Source: Aestuariivirga sp.
GTDB taxonomy: Bacteria > Pseudomonadota > Alphaproteobacteria > Rhizobiales > Aestuariivirgaceae
DNA length: 64,000 nucleotides
Reading direction: 5' to 3'
Assembly: GCA_035525875.1 (NCBI GenBank)
Contig: DATLDM010000103.1
Location: 38,105 to 102,104, forward strand
The position numbers and the translations under genes are program-made. Shown here one piece after another: positions 37,492 through 46,197 of this stretch. The notes below the pieces were generated by a model, which saw only the letters and a list, made by a program, of their open reading frames with translations, was not told the origin of the DNA and ran no database searches. The first letter of the stretch is position 1, and every line of letters starts with the position of its first letter.

Positions 37492-38778
37492 CTATCCTAT
37501 GTACACGGCGCGGAAATCATTGACGTTGGTCAGCGTCGGCCCGGTGATGATCTGGTCGCCCAGCTTCTCAAAAAATCCATGCCCGTCATTATTGGCAAGC
37601 GAGGCCCAGGGATCAATCCCCAAAGCGCGGGCCCGCGAAAGCGTATCTGGCGTAATAAAAGCCCCCGCCACTTCGCGCGCCCCATCAACCCCGTCCGTAT
37701 CAGCCGCAAGCGCCATGATCTTCTCGGCCCCGTCAAGCTTGAGCGCCAGCGCCAGGAGAAATTCCACATTGCGCCCGCCAGCCCCGCTGCCCCGCACCGT
37801 CACCGTTGTCTCACCCCCCGAGATCAAAACGCAAGGTGCCGGCAAGGGTTGCCCGAAACGCCGCGATTGCAAGGCAATGCCCGCCATCACAAAGCCCACC
37901 TCGCGCGCCTCGCCTTCAATGGAATCGCCCAGAATAAGCGGTGTGATGCCAGCCTTGCGCGCGATGGCGGCCGCCGCCTCAAGCGATTTCTGCGGCGAGG
38001 CAATGAGTTTTGTTTCGACGCCTGCAAGCCGCGGATCACCGGGTTTCGGCGTTTCATCAACGGCCTGCTTGAGATGGCGGATGACAGCGGGCGGCGCATC
38101 GATATGATACTTTGCAATAATGGCGCGGGCCTGCGCGAATGTCGTGGGATCAGCCACCGTGGGGCCGGAGCCAACCGCGGCGAGATCATCACCCGGCACA
38201 TCGGAAATCACCAGGCTCACCACCCGCGCCGGATGCGCTGCCGCCGCAAGCCTGCCGCCCTTGATGGCCGAGAGATGCTTGCGCACGCAATTCATTTCCG
38301 AAATCGGCGCGCCACTCTTAAGCAGCGCCCGGTTGACGGCGCGCTTTTCCTCCACCGAAATCCCTTCCGCCGGAAGGCTGAGCAGTGCCGAACCGCCGCC
38401 GGAAATAAGTGCAATGACGAGATCATCCTTGGTGAGCCCCTTCACCATGGCCAGCATCCGCCGCGCCCCGTTGGTGCCCGCATCATCGGGAACCGGATGG
38501 GCCGCTTCAACAATTTCAATCTGTTTGCAGGGAACGGCATGGCCATAGCGCGTGACGATCAGGCCCGAGAGCGGGCCGTTCCAGGATTTTTCAAGCACCT
38601 GCGCCATGGCCGCCGAAGCCTTGCCCGTGCCGACAACAATCGTTCGGCCCTTCGGTTTTGCCGGCAGGTTCTGCGGCACGCATTGATCCGGCATCGCCGC
38701 CGCCACTGCGGCGTCAAACATGGTCCGCAGCAATTTGCGCGTGGCATCTGGTGCCATGGCATCAACGCTCTTGGTCAC
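37492..38778 (-). CDS. Glycerate 2-kinase (MOFRL/TtuD family)
   Basis: VVGTGKASAAMA, AAHPVPD, ISGGGSAL, RKHLSAIKGG, GGETTV, GGRNVEF, TLTNVNDFR. Confidence 0.93.
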   Translation of the reverse strand: MTKSVDAMAPDATRKLLRTMFDAAVAAAMPDQCVPQNLPAKPKGRTIVVGTGKASAAMAQVLEKSWNGPLSGLIVTRYGHAVPCKQIEIVEAAHPVPDDAGTNGARRMLAMVKGLTKDDLVIALISGGGSALLSLPAEGISVEEKRAVNRALLKSGAPISEMNCVRKHLSAIKGGRLAAAAHPARVVSLVISDVPGDDLAAVGSGPTVADPTTFAQARAIIAKYHIDAPPAVIRHLKQAVDETPKPGDPRLAGVETKLIASPQKSLEAAAAIARKAGITPLILGDSIEGEAREVGFVMAGIALQSRRFGQPLPAPCVLISGGETTVTVRGSGAGGRNVEFLLALALKLDGAEKIMALAADTDGVDGAREVAGAFITPDTLSRARALGIDPWASLANNDGHGFFEKLGDQIITGPTLTNVNDFRAVYIG

Positions 38779-39554
38779 GAATTCATCAACTTCATCCAGC
38801 CCAGGCCTTCAACTGTCGTGCCCTTCGGCTTGTACTCGCAGCCAACCCAGCCGCCATAACCCAGTGAATCAATCAGCTTGAAGATATAGGGATAGTTGAT
38901 CTCGCCCGTGCCTGGTTCATGCCGCCCCGGATTGTCGGCAATCTGGATATGGCCGATGCGCGGCATGAGTTTTTTCAGCGTTGCCCCAAGCTCACCCTCC
39001 ATGCGCTGCATGTGATAAACATCATACTGGAATTTGAGATTGTCGGAGCCCACGTCATCCATGATTTCAACCGCCTCTTTCGAACGGTTTAGGAAAAATC
39101 CCGGAATGTCATGGAAGTTGATGGCCTCGGCGATGAGCAGGATGTTTTCTTTTTTGAAGGCCTTGGCCGCGAAGGCAAGGTTGGAAACCAGTGTGGTGTA
39201 GCCGGTGCGCCGCGACACATCGCTGGGCAGAATGCCCGCCAGGCAATTCACCGTGGGGCAGCCCAGCGCCTTGGCATAATCAATGGCCGTGCCGACACTG
39301 TCCTGAAACTCGCCCACCCTGTCCGGCAGGCAGCCAAGGCCGCGCTCGCCCGGCTCCCAGTTTCCCGCCGGAAGGTTGAACAGAACCTGCTTCAAATTGT
39401 TCTTCTGCAGAAGCTCAGCCACCTGCTCCTTGGGATAGGCATAGGGCCCCACATACTCCACTGCGGCAAAGCCCGCCTTTGCCGCCGCCGGAAAGCGCTC
39501 GAGGAAATCATGCTCGGGAAACAGCATGGAAAGATTGGCGCTGAATTTTGGCAT
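38775..39554 (-). CDS. hyi: Hydroxypyruvate isomerase
   Basis: MPKFSANLSMLF, LFNLPAGNW, EAINFHDIPG, DVYHMQ, HIQIADNPGRHEPGTGEINY, GCEY. Confidence 0.93.
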   Translation of the reverse strand: MPKFSANLSMLFPEHDFLERFPAAAKAGFAAVEYVGPYAYPKEQVAELLQKNNLKQVLFNLPAGNWEPGERGLGCLPDRVGEFQDSVGTAIDYAKALGCPTVNCLAGILPSDVSRRTGYTTLVSNLAFAAKAFKKENILLIAEAINFHDIPGFFLNRSKEAVEIMDDVGSDNLKFQYDVYHMQRMEGELGATLKKLMPRIGHIQIADNPGRHEPGTGEINYPYIFKLIDSLGYGGWVGCEYKPKGTTVEGLGWMKLMNS

Positions 39555-39646
39555 CAGGAAATCTCCGAAGTCGAATGGTGCAGGTGCGCCCGAAAAAGCC
39601 CTGACATCATCGATATAGCTTCCAAGGCAACACCTGTCGATTCCCC

Positions 39647-39729
39647 CTAAACCGGGAAGGTCCTATGCCAATGCCGGGCGATATCAACGCGCCGGGCGAT
39701 CCAGACCTTGTCATGGGATTGCACATAAT
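39647..39729 (-). pseudogene. Displaced puuE 3' end (attR-like remnant)
   Basis: Minus-strand translation YVQSHDKVWIARRVDIARHWHRTFPV* parallels the current puuE end YVQSHDKVWIARRIDIARHWYENFPG*. Confidence 0.85.
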
Positions 39730-39900
39730 AGTGCCACCAGCTTCAGATACCTTAGTTCCAGCCGACAGTCGGCCTTCATACCCTCATGCGCAACGACGCA
39801 ACAGCACTGGCCCGCCGCTTCGTCGAGTTCCCAAGGCGTTAAGATTCTTGACTGAATCGCGTAGGCACCCCTTTCTCTGCCAAAATCGCCAAATCGGGCA

Positions 39901-39936
39901 TTGCAAATACTGTAGCCTATGAGCTACAATAGCTCA
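39901..39936 (+). promoter_or_regulatory. Island promoter with overlapping palindromic operators
   Basis: TTGCAA (39901-39906) - N18 - TACAAT (39925-39930); TGTAGC-N6-GCTACA at 39911-39928 and TGAGCTA-N3-TAGCTCA at 39920-39936. Confidence 0.6.
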
Positions 39937-39944
39937 CACAGCAA

Positions 39945-40542
39945 GTGGATTTAATTGTGATCAAACTCAATCCTCAGAAAATCGAAGGAAGATGGAAATC
40001 CGGCATTGCTTTGGACTTTCATACGACCAGCAGTACACCAATTGGCTACAATGAATTCGGGCACATGCAATTTGATACTGTAAGGCCCGAAATTGCTGAA
40101 CTACTTTATCAGCTCAAATCTCGGCAGAATCTAGCAGTGGCGCCACAAATCATTGAGGCGGCTGCAGCATTCCTCAGTACACCGATCAAAGTTTGACCTA
40201 ATAGTACCGGTACCGCCCTCGGCTGCGCGCGCAATTCAACCCGTTCTTGTCTTAGCAAATGGCATTGGCGCAGCGATCAGCGTGCCTGTCGTCAATTGTG
40301 TCACCACCACGCGAGCAACCGCACAGCTAAAGAACATAACCGAACCTGAAAAAAGAAAAGAACTAGTTGAGGGGCTCTACGTAATTGATGCCAGTAAAAC
40401 CGTTGGCAAAAGGATTCTGCTATTCGATGACCTATTTAGGTCGGGCACAACTATGAACGAGATTACAGACGTGTTACTGGCTCAAGGTCAAACGACCAGC
40501 GTAAGCGCTCTCACAATAACAAAGACAAGGAGCAACAAATGA
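39945..40542 (+). pseudogene. ComF-like phosphoribosyltransferase, split by a frameshift near 40170-40196
   Basis: ORF 39945-40196 (IALDFHT...ELLYQLK) continues in the +1 frame as KFDLIVPVPPS...QLK...ILLFDDLFRSGTT (PRPP-binding loop)...TKTRS. Confidence 0.85.
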
Positions 40543-41408
40543 ACACCGTTTTTATAGGCGGTTCACGAAATATTTCGCGATTAACCGCTCAGGTCAGGGA
40601 ACGTTTGAATACTGTTATTGAGAAAGGTCATCAAGTCATCGTCGGAGACGCTAACGGTGCCGACAAGGCAGTACAAAAACTTTTGATGGAAGCCGCCTAC
40701 GACAAAGTGACTGTTTTCTGCTCTGGGAACCATCCTAGAAACAATATTGGTCACTGGAATACTCGAAATGTTACGCCACCAAAAGGTGTTCGAGGGTTTG
40801 AGTTTTATGCAGCCAAAGACCGCGAGATGGCAAGAGAGGCCGATTTTGGACTAATGATTTGGGATAGCAAAAGTGCAGGTACAGTTTTAAATGTTTTGCG
40901 TTTGGTACGTAGGGGCAAGATTGCCGTCCTCATAAATGTACCCGATAAGTCAACTACTACAGTCAAGACGGAAACAAACTGGCAAGATTTTTTGGCAAAA
41001 TGTAGTCCATCGCTGAGAGCCGATATTAAGGAGCGAGCAACGAAGGACGAATGGAAATTTTTGACTGCCGACATGCAAGCAAACTTGTTTGAAACTCATG
41101 ATCTATCAATCTTGGGTACAAATAAAGACCCGTCAACTAGCTCACCAGAAGAAGAATTAGCAGTCGAAATAAATGCAGCACTGGATTCAGGGGACTCTGG
41201 CTCATTTGTCGATGCGCTTGGCAACATAGCACGCGCACGTGGCATGACCCAAGTCGCAAAGGAAACCGGTTTAGCGCGTGAAAGTTTGTACCGCTCATTA
41301 GGTAGCGGGGGCAATCCAGAATTCGCTACAGTGCTTAAGATCCTGGCTGCCTTGGGGCTACGACTAGAAGCGCGAAAGACGCGCGAAAGTCGATCCGCAA
41401 AACTCTGA
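40539..41408 (+). CDS. SLOG (YspA/DprA-like) domain fused to a C-terminal HI1420-like addiction-antidote HTH
   Basis: N-terminus VFIGGSR...IVGDANGADKAVQ...KDREMAREADFGLMIWDSKSAGT; C-terminus ALGNIARARGMTQVAKETGLARESLYRSLGSGGNPEFATVLKILAALGLRL; ATGA-type overlap with the PRTase stop. Confidence 0.8.
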   Translation: MNTVFIGGSRNISRLTAQVRERLNTVIEKGHQVIVGDANGADKAVQKLLMEAAYDKVTVFCSGNHPRNNIGHWNTRNVTPPKGVRGFEFYAAKDREMAREADFGLMIWDSKSAGTVLNVLRLVRRGKIAVLINVPDKSTTTVKTETNWQDFLAKCSPSLRADIKERATKDEWKFLTADMQANLFETHDLSILGTNKDPSTSSPEEELAVEINAALDSGDSGSFVDALGNIARARGMTQVAKETGLARESLYRSLGSGGNPEFATVLKILAALGLRLEARKTRESRSAKL

Positions 41409-41452
41409 AATGAATCCAAAATTGCGGAATCTCGGCTTTAAGCAAGCTTCCG

Positions 41453-42346
41453 CTAGCCGGGAAAATTCTCGTACCAATGCCGGGCGATATCAATGCGCCG
41501 GGCGATCCAGACCTTGTCATGGGATTGCACATAATCGAGGAATTTCGCCAGCCCCTGTGCGCGGCCGGGGCGGCCGGCAAGGCGGCAATGCAGCCCTATC
41601 GACATCATTTTTGGCGAGCCGCGCTTTCCTTCCTCATACAGGCAATCGAAGGAGTCCTTCAGATACTGGTAGAAATGCTCGCCCGTATTGAAGCCCTGCG
41701 GCATGGCAAAGCGCATGTCATTGGCATCCAACGTATAGGGAATGACCAGATGCTTCTCCACCCAATAGGGCAGCTCATCCGCATAGGAATCCGATGAATA
41801 AAGAAAGCCGCCCTCATGCCTGATAAGGCGCTGGGTGTTCATCGAGCAGCGCCCCGTGTACCAGCCCAGCGGGCGCTCGCCGGTCACCTCCTTATGGATG
41901 CGGATGGCATCCTGGATGTGCCGCCACTCTTCGTCTTCCGGCATATCCTTGTAGTCAATCCACTTGAGGCCATGGCTGGCAACTTCCCAGCCCGCCTCGA
42001 TCATGGCGCGCGTCTGCTCCGGCGAGCGCTGCAGGGCGGTGGCCACGCCATAAATCGTCAGCGGAATCTTGCGCCCCGTGAACAGGCGCCACAGCCGCCA
42101 GAAACCAGCCCGCGCCCCATATTCATAAACCGATTCCATGTTCCAGTTGCGCTGCCCCGGCCAGGCAACCGCCCCGACGGTTTCAGAGAGAAAAGCTTCC
42201 GAGGCCGCATCGCCATGGAGAATGTTGTTCTCGCCGCCCTCTTCGTAGTTCAGCACGAACTGCACGGCTATGCGCGCTCCGTCCGGCCATTTCGGGTCCG
42301 GAATGGCTAAGGCGTAGCCCTTCAGGTCACGCGGATAATCGGTCAT
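41453..42346 (-). CDS. puuE: Allantoinase PuuE (polysaccharide deacetylase fold)
   Basis: YPRDLKGY, QFVLNYEEGGEN, ESVYEYGARAGFWR, WEVASHGLKW, YTLDANDMRF, GLHCRLAGRPGR. Confidence 0.96.
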   Translation of the reverse strand: MTDYPRDLKGYALAIPDPKWPDGARIAVQFVLNYEEGGENNILHGDAASEAFLSETVGAVAWPGQRNWNMESVYEYGARAGFWRLWRLFTGRKIPLTIYGVATALQRSPEQTRAMIEAGWEVASHGLKWIDYKDMPEDEEWRHIQDAIRIHKEVTGERPLGWYTGRCSMNTQRLIRHEGGFLYSSDSYADELPYWVEKHLVIPYTLDANDMRFAMPQGFNTGEHFYQYLKDSFDCLYEEGKRGSPKMMSIGLHCRLAGRPGRAQGLAKFLDYVQSHDKVWIARRIDIARHWYENFPG

Positions 42347-43619
42347 GAACTTTTTCTCCCGCCACATAGGTAGCACGAATGGCCCTGTCATCGCCCAGTA
42401 TCATCAGGGCGAACAGCATGTCCTCCAGCGATTGCGACAGCTCCTGCCGCGCCGCCAGAACCGGCGTCGCCCGCTGGTCCAGCACCACGATATCCGCGTA
42501 TTTGCCCGTCTCCAGCGCCCCGATTTCATGATCAAGCCGCAGGCGCTCCGCATTGCCACGCGTGGCCATCCGGAAGAGTTCCAGCGCCGCTGGCTTGTAG
42601 CCCGTGAGCATCTGAACCTTGTAGGCCTCGCCAAGGGTTGCCAGCATGGAATACGTGGTGCCGCCGCCCACATCGGTTGCCAGCGCAACGGGAACGGGCC
42701 GTTCCTTCTTGCCCAAATGCTTCATCGCCATCAACCCGGAACCCAGAAAATTATTCGACGTGGGGCAATGGGCGATGGTCGCCCCCGCCTCATGCAGCCG
42801 CTGGCATTCGTTCTCCGACAAATGAACTCCATGGGCAAATATGCCGTGATCATTCACCAGTCCGAAGCGCTCGTACACCGCTGTGTAATCCCGGTCATTA
42901 GGAAACAGCGACTTGATCCAGGCAATTTCGCCCGGGCTTTCCGAAAGATGCGTCTGCATCAGGGCATCGGGATAGGATTTGAGAAGCTCGCCAGAAACCT
43001 TTAACTGCGCCTCGGTTGAGGTAATCGCAAAGCGCGGCGAAATGGCATAGCGCAAACGCCCGTTGCCATGCCACGTTTGATAAAGCGCCTCGGAATCCTT
43101 GGCCCCGGTTGTCGCATCATCATGCACTGCCGGCAACGCATTGCGGTCCATCATCGTCTTGCCGGTCACCAGCGCCATCCCGCGCAACTGCGCTTCGCCA
43201 AACAACGCATCGGCACAGGTCTTGTGGACCGAGCAGAAGGCCATGGCTGCCGTCGTGCCATTTGCAAACAGGCTTTGCAAGAAAGTCTTGGCATTCACCC
43301 TGGCGTAGTCGGCATCGGCATAGCGCGCCTCTTCCGGAAAGGTAAAGCGGGTCAGCCAGTCCAACAAATCCTTGCCTGGGGCCGCGAGCATGCGAAGCTG
43401 GGGGAAATGAATATGCGCGTCAATGAAACCCGCCATGACGATATTGTCGCCATAATCATCCGTTGCAAGGCCCTGGAAATTTCGCGGCAGCAGCGTGAGC
43501 GGCCCGCTCCACAAAATTGTTCCGTCATCGCCAATGACAACTCCGCCTTTGCTTTCATGGGTGACCTCATGATGCGTCTTGCCGAAATTCAGGGTTTGCC
43601 CGCGAACAAGTTTTGTCAT
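42327..43619 (-). CDS. guaD: Guanine deaminase
   Basis: GFIDAHIHFPQ, LLDWLTRFTFPEE, YAISPRFA, QTHLSES, HCPTSNNFLGSG, ATDVGGG. Confidence 0.95.
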   Translation of the reverse strand: MTKLVRGQTLNFGKTHHEVTHESKGGVVIGDDGTILWSGPLTLLPRNFQGLATDDYGDNIVMAGFIDAHIHFPQLRMLAAPGKDLLDWLTRFTFPEEARYADADYARVNAKTFLQSLFANGTTAAMAFCSVHKTCADALFGEAQLRGMALVTGKTMMDRNALPAVHDDATTGAKDSEALYQTWHGNGRLRYAISPRFAITSTEAQLKVSGELLKSYPDALMQTHLSESPGEIAWIKSLFPNDRDYTAVYERFGLVNDHGIFAHGVHLSENECQRLHEAGATIAHCPTSNNFLGSGLMAMKHLGKKERPVPVALATDVGGGTTYSMLATLGEAYKVQMLTGYKPAALELFRMATRGNAERLRLDHEIGALETGKYADIVVLDQRATPVLAARQELSQSLEDMLFALMILGDDRAIRATYVAGEKVHDRLSA

Positions 43620-44113
43620 GGGGCGACGCGGTCCTCGATGCGGAAGCGGAAGATGCGGCACACCTGGTCCAGCGCCATGGCGAACTCGTCCTCCTTGGAA
43701 TGATTCACCCGCTCGGCGAAACTCGAGAGGATTTGCTGCTTGGTGGCCCCCTTCACCGCAAAGATAAAGGGAAAATCAAACTTGGATTTATAAAGCTCGT
43801 TGAGATGGGTGAAGCGCGCAAACTCTTCGGCAGTCAGCGCGCCCAAACCCGCTTGCGCCTGCTCATGGGCAGAATCATCGGTAAGCTTTGCCTTGCTCGC
43901 CAGATCGGGATGCGCCCGGATCAAGGCCAACTGCGCCGTTTCCGATGCGGAATGAACCGCCTCGTGAAAAGCCCTGATCATGGATTCCCGCGACACAAAG
44001 GGCCTGTCGCCCGCTGCATTGCGCGCCACCCAGGGCGAATGCTCCGCCACATCGCCAAAGGTTTTTTCAAATTCCGTGGAACTTAGCGCGTTCACCTGCT
44101 GAATTGTTTTCAT
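43616..44113 (-). CDS. uraD: OHCU decarboxylase
   Basis: FGDVAEHSPWVA, LIRAHPDLA, EQAQAGL, YKSKFDFPFIFAVKG, RIFRFRI; ATGA overlap with the puuD stop. Confidence 0.93.
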   Translation of the reverse strand: MKTIQQVNALSSTEFEKTFGDVAEHSPWVARNAAGDRPFVSRESMIRAFHEAVHSASETAQLALIRAHPDLASKAKLTDDSAHEQAQAGLGALTAEEFARFTHLNELYKSKFDFPFIFAVKGATKQQILSSFAERVNHSKEDEFAMALDQVCRIFRFRIEDRVAP

Positions 44114-46188
44114 TGCGTGTTTATCCATGCCCCCAGCTTCGCCCGTTCTTCGGCCATCATGCCCGTCTTGTTGCCAAGCGGCATGGCCTTGTTCTTCACC
44201 GCCTGCATTTCAATCTGCTGCGCATAGCGCTTCAATTCGTCCAGTGTTTCCAGCGCAATTCCCTTCGGCGCCGTCTTGATCGTGGCATCGCTTGGCGTTT
44301 GCGCATGGCAGGAAGTGCAGCGCGTCTTGACGATTATCAGCGCCTCTTCATCCCCGACGGTGCCGGAATAAGTTGGAGTTGCCGCCGGTTCCGTGAACCA
44401 CAGGGCCGCGGCCAGCGCCCCGCTGATGATCGGAATGGTCCAGGCAATTTGCGCAATTGGGTCACCCACTTCAAGGCGGACAAGAAAGTGGCGCAGCGCC
44501 GCACCGCCGACAACAATCAGGCCAACCAATATCCATGCATGCATATGCTCGGTGATCATCGGATAGTGGTTGCTGATCATCATCAGGAGAACCGGCAGCG
44601 TGAGATAGGTGTTGTGCAGCGAGCGCTGCTTGCCCGTGATGCCAAAGCTTGGATCGGGGGCTTCGCCGCGCAGCAGCGCCTGGGTGGTTTTCTTCTGGTT
44701 CGGAATGATCACCATGAAAACATTGGCCGCCATGATCGTGCCGATGAAGGAACCTACATGGATCAGCGCCCCGCGCCCCGAAAACACCTGGGTAAAGCCA
44801 TAGGCCGCAGCGAGGATAAGCAGGGCCACGCAGAAGGCGAGAAGCTCCGGCTTCCGCACGAGGGCCGAGCGGCACATCAGGTCATAGATGATCCAGCCCG
44901 CGACAAGGCTTGCAACGGATATACCGATGGCCTGCCATGGCGTAAGCACCAGCACATCCTGGGAAATCAGATAGGTACTGGCATTGAGATAATACTGCAC
45001 GATGAGCAGCAGGAAACCCGTGGCCCAGGTGAGATAAGCCTCCCATTTGAACCAGATGAGATCACCGGGCAGCTGGGCCGGAGCCACCAGATATTTCTGC
45101 ACATTGTAAAAGCCACCGCCGTGAACTTCCCAGGCTTCTCCCGAAACACCGGCTGGCAGGCCTTCCCGCTTGCGCAGGGAAAAATCCAGCGCCACAAAAT
45201 AGAAGCTCGTGCCGATCCAGGCGATGCCGGCAATCATGTGGCCCCAGCGCAGCAGCAGGTTCCACCAGTCTTCATCGAGCGGACCGGCACCCGTCAGCCA
45301 GAAGGCGAGGCCCAACGCCAGAAATATGACCGGGAGGGTCCAGGCAATTTTGTTCAACGGATCGCCTACTTCATGGCGCACCAGGAAATGCCGCAGCGCC
45401 ACCCCGCCCACAATGATGAGCCCTGCAAGAAGCCACGCCTGCGGATGATCGGTGAGCATCGCATAATGGTTTGAAACCATCATCACCAGCACCGGCAGGG
45501 TCAGATAGGTATTATGCAAGGAGCGTTGCTTGCCGGTTGCGCCAAAGGCGGGATCGGGCGTTTCGCCGCGGATCAGCGCCACGGTAATCTTGCGCTGGTT
45601 GGGAATGATCACCGCGAACACATTGGCCGCCATCAAGGTGCCGATGAATATGCCGATATGGATGAAAGCCCCGCGGCCGGAATAGACTTGGGTGTAGCCA
45701 TAGGAGGCTGCCATGATCAGTACGAAAACCAGGCCAGCCAAGAGCTGCGGTTGAGACACCGCAAACCGGCGGCACAGAAAATCATAGGCGATCCAGCCCG
45801 CCGCAAGGCTGCCCAGCGAGATCGAAATCGCCTGCCAAGGCAGCAGGGATAACACAGCCGGATCAATCAGATAGGACCCAGCGTTAACGTAATACTGTAA
45901 GCAGAGAAGCAGAAATCCCGTGACCCAGGTGAGATACGCTTCCCACTTGAACCAGATCAGGTCTTCGGGGAGTTTGGGCGGCGCGCTCAGGTATTTGCGG
46001 ACGTTATAAAAGCCGCCGCCGTGAATTTCCCACGCCTCGCCCGAAACGCCTTCCGGCAGGCCCGCCGGTTTCTTCAAGGAAAAGTCCAGCGCCACGAAAT
46101 AGAACGACGTGCCAATCCACGCGATGCCGGCAATCATGTGCCCCCAGCGAGCAAGCAAATTCAGCCATTCTATTACAAACGGATCCAT
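44110..46188 (-). CDS. puuD: Urate hydroxylase/oxidase PuuD with a tandemly duplicated membrane (DUF989) domain and one C-terminal cytochrome c
   Basis: RWGHMIAGIAWIGTSFYFVALDFSL, WFKWEAYLTW, GKQRSLHNTYLTLPVL and SNHY each occur twice, 300 aa apart; a single CTSCH heme motif; lies within the purine cluster. Confidence 0.9.
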   Translation of the reverse strand: MDPFVIEWLNLLARWGHMIAGIAWIGTSFYFVALDFSLKKPAGLPEGVSGEAWEIHGGGFYNVRKYLSAPPKLPEDLIWFKWEAYLTWVTGFLLLCLQYYVNAGSYLIDPAVLSLLPWQAISISLGSLAAGWIAYDFLCRRFAVSQPQLLAGLVFVLIMAASYGYTQVYSGRGAFIHIGIFIGTLMAANVFAVIIPNQRKITVALIRGETPDPAFGATGKQRSLHNTYLTLPVLVMMVSNHYAMLTDHPQAWLLAGLIIVGGVALRHFLVRHEVGDPLNKIAWTLPVIFLALGLAFWLTGAGPLDEDWWNLLLRWGHMIAGIAWIGTSFYFVALDFSLRKREGLPAGVSGEAWEVHGGGFYNVQKYLVAPAQLPGDLIWFKWEAYLTWATGFLLLIVQYYLNASTYLISQDVLVLTPWQAIGISVASLVAGWIIYDLMCRSALVRKPELLAFCVALLILAAAYGFTQVFSGRGALIHVGSFIGTIMAANVFMVIIPNQKKTTQALLRGEAPDPSFGITGKQRSLHNTYLTLPVLLMMISNHYPMITEHMHAWILVGLIVVGGAALRHFLVRLEVGDPIAQIAWTIPIISGALAAALWFTEPAATPTYSGTVGDEEALIIVKTRCTSCHAQTPSDATIKTAPKGIALETLDELKRYAQQIEMQAVKNKAMPLGNKTGMMAEERAKLGAWINTQ
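44392..46188 (-). repeat. Intragenic tandem duplication, 900-bp unit (boundaries approximate)
   Basis: The TGG-GGN codons of RWG are at 46146-46141 and 45246-45241; copies differ at synonymous positions. Confidence 0.9.
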
Positions 46189-46197
46189 CAAGGCTCC

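Larger units (their letters stand above)
39668..41535. mobile_element. Mini genomic island integrated in the puuE 3' end, flanked by 62-bp direct repeats (39668-39729 and 41474-41535)
   Basis: Repeats 61/62 identical (CCAATGCCGGGCGATATCAA[C/T]GCGCC...GCACATAAT). Cargo is AT-rich: 40561-40620 is 25/60 G+C versus 41/60 at 41821-41880. No integrase inside. Confidence 0.85.

Noticed and set aside
39665-39922. 85-aa ORF at the island's left end, and the similar ORF 41477-41797
   Set aside because: Both begin with the antisense reading of the puuE repeat; they are artefacts of the att duplication.
44110-46188. PuuD duplication as an assembly error
   Set aside because: The two units differ at many synonymous and non-synonymous positions, and the frame is continuous.
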